Positions 55,773 to 64,000 of a stretch of 64,000 bases of DNA are shown here, in pieces. The DNA is taken from positions 8,600 to 72,599 of the forward strand of contig JAILBQ010000111.1 in the NCBI GenBank assembly GCA_024680815.1, read 5' to 3'. A program made the position numbers and the translations under genes. How positions within the stretch are numbered: the first letter of the stretch is position 1; the number at the start of each line of letters is the position of its first letter. Under the pieces are notes generated by a model. The model saw nothing but the letters and a program-made list of their open reading frames with translations. It had not been told where the DNA came from and did no database searches. This DNA comes from Lachnospiraceae bacterium. Its GTDB lineage: Bacteria > Bacillota > Clostridia > Lachnospirales > Lachnospiraceae.

Positions 55773-56996
55773 ATGAGAAACAGCAGTGTTGACGATATAA
55801 AAGAATTTATCATCGACCATTATCAGTATTTCGCGGTTGGAGTTCTCTTTATTGTACTGATAGTAGTCTTGTTTGTCTTTTCCGCAAGCCGGAAGGACGG
55901 CAAGGATGTGCTTAACGCCGAGGAGCTTTCAGAGTCCGTGGGAAACGGCGAAGAAGAGGGCGGGACCGAGGCTCTGGAAGTGCCGGATGTCAAACTGGAA
56001 CAAAACGCGTATGAGGATCTGAATTCCTTCTTCGCCACTTATTACAGCGCCATGAGCGACGGTGATATCGATACGGTCGCTTCAATGTGGAGCAATCTGG
56101 ATGACGAGGACAGAATCCGCTATCAGACGAAGGCTTCATTTACCGAAGGCTACGACAATATGTCCGTATATACAAAACCCGGACCGGTGGACAATTCCTA
56201 TATTGCCTTTGTGTATTATGAGATCAAGTTCAAAAACATCGACACCACGGCTCCGGGGCTTTCCACTTTCTTTGTATGCTCGGGAGACAACGGTTATTAT
56301 ATCCAGGATATGAATTCCATTCCCCAGAATCAGAAGGACTACATTACCGCCATTGCAAACCAGGAGGATGTGCAGGAGCTTCTGACCGATGTGGATACGC
56401 TCTATACGAATAACATCCAGTCCGATCCCACTCTTGAGGCTTTCATGAAGTCCCTGCAGATCAAGACGGATGAAGCCGTGGCACAGGCCAAACAGAACGG
56501 CGACTCGTCCGGTTCTTCGGGTGAGTCTTCGGACGGCGGCCTGGAAGCGGGCGAGAGTGAGGTAAGGGTTACCACGACAGACGCCGTCAATATCCGTGAG
56601 CAGGCGGACAAGAATAGTGCGAAGCTGGGTTCAGCGGCCAAGGGTGACACTTTTGTGCGGCTTGCCGAGGAAGGCGAGTGGAGCAGAATTAAGTATAAAG
56701 ACGGGGAGGCGTATATCAAGTCCGAGTTCCTGACCACTGCCAATACAGGCGGTGACGATGCTCCGGCTGCTCCTGCGACGGAGGGCGAAACAGGCGGCGC
56801 GACTCCCGCGTCGGGAACCATTGTTGCCAACGAGGCGGTTTCCATCCGCTCAGGCCCCAGCACCGATAATCAAAAGCTCGGAAGTGCTCACCGGGGTGAC
56901 AAGTTCACCGTGACCGGAGAGGAGAACGGGTGGTACCAGATCGATTACAACGGTTCCACTGCCTATATCAAGGGAGAGTATTGTACAAAGAACTGA
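55773..56996 (+). CDS. Membrane-anchored protein with an NTF2-like region and two C-terminal SH3b domains
   Basis: N-terminal TM; VNIREQADKNSAKLG...EWSRI.Y..GEAYI and VSIRSGPSTDNQKLG...GWYQIDYNGSTAYI; no catalytic motif seen. Confidence 0.85.
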   Translation: MRNSSVDDIKEFIIDHYQYFAVGVLFIVLIVVLFVFSASRKDGKDVLNAEELSESVGNGEEEGGTEALEVPDVKLEQNAYEDLNSFFATYYSAMSDGDIDTVASMWSNLDDEDRIRYQTKASFTEGYDNMSVYTKPGPVDNSYIAFVYYEIKFKNIDTTAPGLSTFFVCSGDNGYYIQDMNSIPQNQKDYITAIANQEDVQELLTDVDTLYTNNIQSDPTLEAFMKSLQIKTDEAVAQAKQNGDSSGSSGESSDGGLEAGESEVRVTTTDAVNIREQADKNSAKLGSAAKGDTFVRLAEEGEWSRIKYKDGEAYIKSEFLTTANTGGDDAPAAPATEGETGGATPASGTIVANEAVSIRSGPSTDNQKLGSAHRGDKFTVTGEENGWYQIDYNGSTAYIKGEYCTKN

Positions 56997-57005
56997 TGAT
57001 TGAAT

Positions 57006-57050
57006 AAAAAAACACCGCAGGCACGAAGAAATGTGCCTGCGGCTTTTTTT
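57006..57050. terminator. Bidirectional terminator between the SH3 gene and gdhA
   Basis: A-run, CCGCAGGCAC/GTGCCTGCGG, T7. Confidence 0.9.
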
Positions 57051-57090
57051 CGGGATGTCAGACCCCGGGTGCGGATCCTGCGCTTACGGC

Positions 57091-58458
<1,368 letters not shown>

Positions 58459-58557
58459 TTATGTCAACCATAGGCTGGCATTGCTGTTGCTTAAAAGGTG
58501 CCTAAAAAAAGCGAAATCACAATTTCGCTTATTTCAGACACCTTTGTCCCGTGGAAA

Positions 58558-58586
58558 ATAATAAATCAGACGTGAAAAACTGTCAA
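58558..58586 (-). promoter_or_regulatory. gdhA sigma-A promoter
   Basis: Minus strand TTGACA(58586-58581)-17-TATTAT(58563-58558). Confidence 0.75.
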
Positions 58587-58654
58587 GCTGCATATTCCTA
58601 AATCCTGACGGCGATCCCTTTTCGCAAAGCAGGAGCTCTTAGAGAAAACCGGCG

Positions 58655-58683
58655 AAGACAATAACTCCAACAAGTGATATACT
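58655..58683 (+). promoter_or_regulatory. TA operon promoter (probably leaderless)
   Basis: AAGACA-17-TATACT with an upstream TG; ATG follows 6 nt after the -10. Confidence 0.65.
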
Positions 58684-58689
58684 ATCGTT

Positions 58690-58938
58690 ATGACAATCGA
58701 GTATAGCAAGCGGTCTGTAAAATCCATAAACGAAATGGATAGTCGCTCCAAGCAAAGAATAAAGACTGCCATTGAGGCTATCCCGAAAGGTGACATCAAG
58801 CCCCTCAACGGCAGCGATGTCCTATATAGATTACGTGTGGGAAGCTGGCGCATTATCTTTTCATATCCAGACGATAAAACCGTCCTGATAGAGAAAATTG
58901 CTCCACGGGGTGATGTTTATAAAGGAGGCATACTATGA
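58690..58938 (+). CDS. RelE/ParE-family toxin
   Basis: IEYSKRSVK...GDIKPLNG...YRLRVGSWRIIF...IAPRGDVYK. Confidence 0.9.
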   Translation: MTIEYSKRSVKSINEMDSRSKQRIKTAIEAIPKGDIKPLNGSDVLYRLRVGSWRIIFSYPDDKTVLIEKIAPRGDVYKGGIL

Positions 58939-59129
58939 ACGCTAAAAACCAGATAGTCCAAATGATAGATTATGTTCCCGAAAATGACCTCGCCATTTTA
59001 TTAGAGGTTGTGAAACATTTTATATCTGATGATATAGCCACCCCTGATGATTTAGAAGCCCACCGGGAAGCAGAAGCTGAATATGCTGCCGGCGAGACAA
59101 TAAATCATAACGATATCAAGTGGGATTGA
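58935..59129 (+). CDS. Putative cognate antitoxin (64 aa, acidic)
   Basis: Overlaps the toxin stop (ATGA), strong SD AAAGGAGG, acidic C-terminus typical of small clostridial antitoxins. Confidence 0.75.
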   Translation: MNAKNQIVQMIDYVPENDLAILLEVVKHFISDDIATPDDLEAHREAEAEYAAGETINHNDIKWD

Positions 59130-59136
59130 GTATTGA

Positions 59137-60528
59137 TCATCTGTAATAGTCTCTTTTATCCGGAAAGGCGGAGGAAGGAAGGCGTATTCTCATGAAATGT
59201 CGGTAATACAGGAAGTATCCGACGGAGGCGGTGAGCCATGAGAGCGGATAGCAAAGGGTCAGAACCTTTAACGAAGCTGTTGCCGGGACGACGGTCAGCA
59301 TCCAGATAATACGCAGCGCACAGATGGATCCGAGGGAGATAAGCAGAGGGCGGAAGGATTCGCCCATACCACGAAGCGCCCCGGTAAAAACCTCGATGAG
59401 GTTATAGGTGATGTAGGCAGGGGTTATCATGTGGATCATGGTGGTACCGATTCTTATAACGTCCGGATCGTTGGTGAAGATTGATAAAAGCGGAGTGGAA
59501 AAGACGAGAACCACTATGCTTGAAAGAATAGAAACCGTTGTGGTCATGAGAGCGCTGATGCGTACTCCGCGACGTACCCGTTCAATGTTTCCCGCACCGT
59601 AGTTCTGGCCCACAAAAGTCATGATGGAGGTGCCAAGGGAGGCCATCAGCATCCAGTAGAGCAGGTCTATTTTGCCATAGGCGGTCCATGCCGCCACGGT
59701 ATCGGTGCCGAAGCTGTTGATCCCGCTTTGTACGATGACGTTTGCAAAGGTGTACATCAAGGACTGCGCGCCGGAGGGGAGGCCGATTCTGAGAATTTTG
59801 GCCGCGTGATGGGGGCTTATGCGGAATTCCTTCCATCTTAAACCGTAGGGCGCATCGGTGTGAAACAGGACAAAAAGGGCCAGGGAGGCGCTTATTATCT
59901 GGCAGATCACCGTTGCGTACGCGGCTCCGGCTACTCCCATCCGGAATTTCACGACGAAGAGGAGATCGAGGGCGATGTTAATAAGGCAGGAGAGCATCAG
60001 AAAAAGCAGCGGACGTCTGGAATCACCGACGGCGCGCAGAATCGCCGCACTCATGTTGTAGAGAAGGTTTGCGGTCATTCCGAGGAAAAAGATTCTCATA
60101 TATGTGGCGGAAACCGTCATCAGCTCATCAGGGGTTCCGATGATGCGGAGCATGCCCGGGGTGAAGAGGATGCCGGTAATCGTGACAGCTATGCCGATGC
60201 CCAGGGTTAAAAGAATCGAGGTGTGCACGGTTTTGCGGACGTCCCTGTTGCGTCTCGCGCCGTAATACTGCGAAACCACGACGGCAGCGCCGCTGGTCAT
60301 GGATATAAAGAAGCCGACAAACATGGAAAGCAGGGCGCCGGTTGAGGAACCCACGGCGGAAAGGGCGATTTTTCCGGCGTAGTGCCCCACGATAACCGCA
60401 TCTGCCGTGTTGTAAAGCTGCTGAAAGAATGAGGAGCCCAGCAGTGGGAAGAAGAACCGCAGAATCTGCCGGTATATAACCCCCTCAGTCATATCAATGT
60501 CGCTTTTTTTTCCCTTTTCTATAAGCAT
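59137..60528 (-). CDS. MATE-family efflux transporter
   Basis: DMTEG, FQQLYNTADAVIVG, ALSAVG, LRAVGDSRRPL, INIALDLLFV, GVAGAAYAT. Confidence 0.96.
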   Translation of the reverse strand: MLIEKGKKSDIDMTEGVIYRQILRFFFPLLGSSFFQQLYNTADAVIVGHYAGKIALSAVGSSTGALLSMFVGFFISMTSGAAVVVSQYYGARRNRDVRKTVHTSILLTLGIGIAVTITGILFTPGMLRIIGTPDELMTVSATYMRIFFLGMTANLLYNMSAAILRAVGDSRRPLLFLMLSCLINIALDLLFVVKFRMGVAGAAYATVICQIISASLALFVLFHTDAPYGLRWKEFRISPHHAAKILRIGLPSGAQSLMYTFANVIVQSGINSFGTDTVAAWTAYGKIDLLYWMLMASLGTSIMTFVGQNYGAGNIERVRRGVRISALMTTTVSILSSIVVLVFSTPLLSIFTNDPDVIRIGTTMIHMITPAYITYNLIEVFTGALRGMGESFRPLLISLGSICALRIIWMLTVVPATASLKVLTLCYPLSWLTASVGYFLYYRHFMRIRLPSSAFPDKRDYYR

Positions 60529-60593
60529 GAGGGCATTGTCTCACGACCTGTGGGGAAATGTCAATTATACATGGCGCCCTGTTAAAAGTCCGC

Positions 60594-60622
60594 TTGACAG
60601 TTTTTCTGAAAAATGCTAATAT
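60594..60622 (+). promoter_or_regulatory. tRNA-Leu promoter
   Basis: TTGACA(60594)-17-TAATAT(60617) with an extended TG. Confidence 0.8.
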
Positions 60623-60635
60623 CGTTCTTGCGCTT

Positions 60636-60719
60636 GCGGAGATGTCGGAACTGGCAGACGAGCTAGACTAAGGATCTAGTGACAGCAATGTCGTGTGGGT
60701 TCAAGTCCCATTCTCCGCA
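60636..60719 (+). tRNA. tRNA-Leu with anticodon AAG (A34); CCA not encoded
   Basis: Acceptor GCGGAGA/TCTCCGC, D loop GGAACTGGCAGAC, anticodon stem CTAGA/TCTAG with loop CT-AAG-GA (60670-60672), long variable arm, T loop GGTTCAAGTCC. Confidence 0.95.
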
Positions 60720-60724
60720 CTTCT

Positions 60725-60758
60725 AACGGGAAGCCCGAATAGAGGGGTTCCCGTTTTT
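60725..60758 (+). terminator. Terminator after tRNA-Leu
   Basis: AACGGGAAGCCC...GGGGTTCCCGTT followed by TTT. Confidence 0.7.
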
Positions 60759-60800
60759 GGTATAACAGCAGAAAGCAAAACAATGGAAAGGAAAGAAAAA

Positions 60801-61958
60801 ATGAATACTGAGATTACCGGAGATATTGTTTATATCGGCGTAAATGATCATGAGGTGGATCTGTTTGAAGGACAGTATGACGTTCCGAACGGGATGGCAT
60901 ATAATTCATATGTCATTCTGGATGAAAAGATTGCGGTTATGGATACCGTGGACCGGAATTTCACCGGGGAATGGCTGGGAAACCTTAAGGAGGCGCTTTC
61001 GGGAAAAAAGCCAGACTATCTTGTCGTACAGCATATGGAGCCCGATCATTCCGCAAATATCGTGGAGTTTCTGAAGGTTTATCCTGAAAGCACTGTGGTG
61101 GGAAATGCCAAAACCTTCACCATGATGGAACAGTTTTTCAATTTGCCGGAGGATATGAAACGGCTTGTGGTTACGGATGGCGAAAGTCTTTCGCTTGGAA
61201 AACATGAGCTGACCTTTGTTTTTGCGCCCATGGTTCACTGGCCGGAGGTCATGGTGACATATGATTCCGCGGACCGTGTGCTGTTTTCGGCTGACGGCTT
61301 CGGAAAGTTTGGTGCTCTGGATGTGGAGGAGGACTGGGCCTGCGAGGCGAGGCGCTATTATTTCGGAATCGTCGGAAAGTACGGCATGCAGACCGGAAAT
61401 CTTTTAAAAAAAGCGGCGAACCTCGATATTGCGGTTATCTGCCCGCTGCACGGCCCCGTGCTTAAGGAAAATCTCGGCTATTATATCGACCTCTATCAGA
61501 AATGGTCTTCCTATACCCCGGAAAGCGAGGGGGTTTTCATCGCCTACACTTCGGTATACGGACATACGAAGGAAGCCGCAGAACGTCTTAAGGCCCTCCT
61601 TGAGGAGAAGGGCTGTCCGAAGGTCTCCATCTCCGACCTCGCAAGAGAGGACATGGCGGAAGCCGTCGAGGACGCCTTCAGATATGACAGACTGGTGATG
61701 GCTACCACGACTTATAACGCCGAAATATTCCCCTTTATGCGGGAATTTGTGAACCATCTTACGGAAAGAGGATATCGGAACAGAAAAATTGCCCTGATTG
61801 AAAACGGTACCTGGGCGCCCATGGCGGCAAAGGTGATAAAGGGTATGATGGAAAAATGTAAGGATATCACCTGGGTTGAGCCTGTGGTCACGATAAAATC
61901 CGCCCTTAAGGAAGACAGCCTGGAAGCTCTTTCGACACTGGCGGATGCTCTTAAGTAA
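60801..61958 (+). CDS. fprA: Flavodiiron protein (FprA-type; O2/NO reductase family)
   Basis: YNSY, HMEPDH, VHWPE, FSADGFG, PLHGP, flavodoxin YTSVYGHT; ATG 60801 follows GAAAGGAAAG. Confidence 0.93.
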   Translation: MNTEITGDIVYIGVNDHEVDLFEGQYDVPNGMAYNSYVILDEKIAVMDTVDRNFTGEWLGNLKEALSGKKPDYLVVQHMEPDHSANIVEFLKVYPESTVVGNAKTFTMMEQFFNLPEDMKRLVVTDGESLSLGKHELTFVFAPMVHWPEVMVTYDSADRVLFSADGFGKFGALDVEEDWACEARRYYFGIVGKYGMQTGNLLKKAANLDIAVICPLHGPVLKENLGYYIDLYQKWSSYTPESEGVFIAYTSVYGHTKEAAERLKALLEEKGCPKVSISDLAREDMAEAVEDAFRYDRLVMATTTYNAEIFPFMREFVNHLTERGYRNRKIALIENGTWAPMAAKVIKGMMEKCKDITWVEPVVTIKSALKEDSLEALSTLADALK

Positions 61959-61978
61959 AAACGGCAGAAAGGAAAATT

Positions 61979-63529
61979 ATGAAGAAAAAAGCATGGAAAT
62001 GCGTTGCCCTCCTTTTGAGTGTGACGATGGCGTCAGCTCTCGTTTCCTGTACAAAAGCAGGCACGGATAAAACTGTTGTGGACGGTCTCACCGGTGGAGA
62101 ATACAAAGAAAATCGGAAGGACGGGGATGAAACGGGCGGAAATCCGGATAATACCGTGACTGATGCGGAGGAATCCCCGGAAAAGACAGGAAATGAAGCT
62201 CCGGACGCCGAAGAGGTTTTTAAAAAGACCCTTGCCTGGCTTAAAACCAACGGCGGTAAGGAGCTGACCATAAATTTTCAGCCCGTGAAATACCGTCCCG
62301 GGAAGCGTTCCGCCTCCTTAAACGAAGCCTCAAAGCCTGATGAGCTGCTGCCTTTTCGTTCGCCTTCCGAATTTATCGCGAAAAGAGTCCGGATGACCCG
62401 TAAGGATAACGGGGCGGCAATGGATTTTGATGTTTACGCAAAGCGGGATAACGAAAAGCTTTATCTTATCGAGGCTGTGGAATACGGAACGGTCAGGGAA
62501 AGTACGCGCTATTATTTCGATGAAAACGGCAGGCTCTGTTATGTCTCTTCATGGGAGGATAACCCCCTCGGAACCCTTAACAGGCTGGACACTGATCTGC
62601 CCGGAAAGAAATGCGTGTTTGCCGGAGATACAATGCTCCGCTGCGAGATTACCGATGCGGAAGAGAAATACAACGGAAGCTATTCCGCGAAGGATTATTC
62701 GAAATTCGACAGCTTTTTAAAGAAGCAGTATGACCAGCTGGAAAAAGATTATGTAAACCAGGCGTATTGTATTCTGGACGCTGTAAAGTCCGTTCCCGGC
62801 TATGCCCGTGTATATGGCTACGCGGCGGATGAATTCGGCGGAACCCTTAAGGGCACCGAAGTGGAAATAAGCTCCGTGGAGCATGATTACAGAGAGACGA
62901 TGGAAACGGATGACGATGGCTTTTTTGCTTTCTACGTCCCTGTAAACACGCTGGGCTGGTATAACCTTAAGTTTAATTACGGAGACTATCTCCCCTCCGA
63001 GATTGACGATGTCTGCATCCGGCCGCTGACGGTGGATTACTGTGCCGGAGTCGCATATATGGCGCCTCCCGGAGGTTTAAAGCACGAGCAGTATGTATAC
63101 CTTATGAATATCAACGAAAAGCCGGATGAAAAGCTTTCGGAAGGCGAATATGAGGTAACGCTGACCTTTGACGGCACAAAGGCCGAATTGATGCCCTACG
63201 GCCTGATAACCGGAAACGAGGTTAAGGAGCTTTCCGTGAAGGCGGTGCTCGGGGGAGAGAAAACGGTATACAGCCTTATCGTTGATTCGAATAAGATCGA
63301 TGATTTTAAGCTGGTTGTACGCGATGAAAAGGGTATTGCCGAAGATAATCCCTATTCCTACGACATGTCTTTAAGCGGGGCGCTGGTAAAGATTTATAAT
63401 TGTGACGGCATAGCGGCGGCATTTCCGGTACCCGCCGGAGCTGCCGGAGTGACCTGGGAATGCGCGGAAATTCTTGCCGGAAGGATTGTGCCCCGGAATA
63501 ATTATTATCAGGAAGCGCTTAACTGGTAA
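61979..63529 (+). CDS. Hypothetical lipoprotein with a carboxypeptidase-regulatory-like beta domain
   Basis: Signal peptide ending LVSC; VYGYAADEFGGTLKGTEVEI...TDDDGFFAFYV pattern. Confidence 0.7.
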   Translation: MKKKAWKCVALLLSVTMASALVSCTKAGTDKTVVDGLTGGEYKENRKDGDETGGNPDNTVTDAEESPEKTGNEAPDAEEVFKKTLAWLKTNGGKELTINFQPVKYRPGKRSASLNEASKPDELLPFRSPSEFIAKRVRMTRKDNGAAMDFDVYAKRDNEKLYLIEAVEYGTVRESTRYYFDENGRLCYVSSWEDNPLGTLNRLDTDLPGKKCVFAGDTMLRCEITDAEEKYNGSYSAKDYSKFDSFLKKQYDQLEKDYVNQAYCILDAVKSVPGYARVYGYAADEFGGTLKGTEVEISSVEHDYRETMETDDDGFFAFYVPVNTLGWYNLKFNYGDYLPSEIDDVCIRPLTVDYCAGVAYMAPPGGLKHEQYVYLMNINEKPDEKLSEGEYEVTLTFDGTKAELMPYGLITGNEVKELSVKAVLGGEKTVYSLIVDSNKIDDFKLVVRDEKGIAEDNPYSYDMSLSGALVKIYNCDGIAAAFPVPAGAAGVTWECAEILAGRIVPRNNYYQEALNW

Positions 63530-63553
63530 TCCAGAAAGAGAGTTGATTTTTCC

Positions 63554-64000
63554 GTGGAACGCAAAAAGCGGATCCGAATCATAAAAATAATCGTGACAGT
63601 GCTGCTTACCCTTCTTGCGTTTGTTCCGGTGGCTCTTTGCGTGGTGCTGATCAGGACCGGCATTCAGGCTGTGGGCAGGGAGGCTCTTCTGGCCAGAGAG
63701 GTTTCTGAGCTTGAAACCAGGGTCGAAGAGCTTTCCCGAAGAGAAAACCTGAGCGATATCGTGACATATTACGAAACGGCAGGCGCGCGGTCGGCTCCCG
63801 GGGGAAAAACCGAGGAGAGCGTGCTGGATTCCATAAGCCTGGATGACGCATCGGTGGAAAGCAGGACGGATTCCGCCTATTCGCCCTCGATCAACGCCGC
63901 CCTCGGAGAGGGAGACGGACACCGGAGGGCCTATCTGACCATAGACGACGGGCCTTCGATTTATACCGACGAGATCCTGGACATTCTGAAGGAACATGAC
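63554..64000 (+). CDS. Polysaccharide deacetylase (NodB/CE4), 3'-truncated by the window
   Basis: Frame-2 ORF from GTG 63554: TM anchor, coiled coil, then AYLTIDDGPSIYTDEILDILKEHD; not in the supplied ORF track. Confidence 0.85.
   Translation, partial: MERKKRIRIIKIIVTVLLTLLAFVPVALCVVLIRTGIQAVGREALLAREVSELETRVEELSRRENLSDIVTYYETAGARSAPGGKTEESVLDSISLDDASVESRTDSAYSPSINAALGEGDGHRRAYLTIDDGPSIYTDEILDILKEHD

Noticed and set aside
60693-60800. Upstream extension of the fprA ORF given in the track
   Set aside because: It overlaps tRNA-Leu and its terminator; ATG 60801 has the SD.

Overview
64-kb chromosomal segment from an anaerobic Firmicute. Gene content and order fit Lachnospiraceae best (inference; no search was run). 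Five blocks: (1) 1-21.6 kb, a signalling island with four hybrid histidine kinases carrying different input modules (Cache-like, sensory [FeFe]-hydrogenase-like, membrane-only, internal DegV), two REC-only regulators and a REC-GGDEF cyclase, interleaved with SPFH/zinc-ribbon, MscS and membrane genes; (2) an aarF remnant, ychF, lgt and a ~215-nt four-way-junction structured element; (3) 24.5-39.9 kb, a GntR/FadR-associated catabolic island (cyclase-family hydrolase, two sugar ABC transporters, split transketolase, GarR, glycerate kinase) whose four promoters share an operator-like motif; (4) the dcw cluster (mraZ to ftsZ) running directly into nrdR with no spoIIGA/sigE/sigG, then an EamA-YqeG fusion, aroE-aroK-aroQ and efp; (5) DUF5688-like gene, tRNA-Arg(CCG), SH3 protein, gdhA, a toxin-first RelE-like TA pair, MATE, an unusual tRNA-Leu(AAG), fprA, a lipoprotein and a truncated polysaccharide deacetylase. 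No CRISPR, integrase, transposase or phage structural genes were seen. All family assignments come from motifs read by eye.
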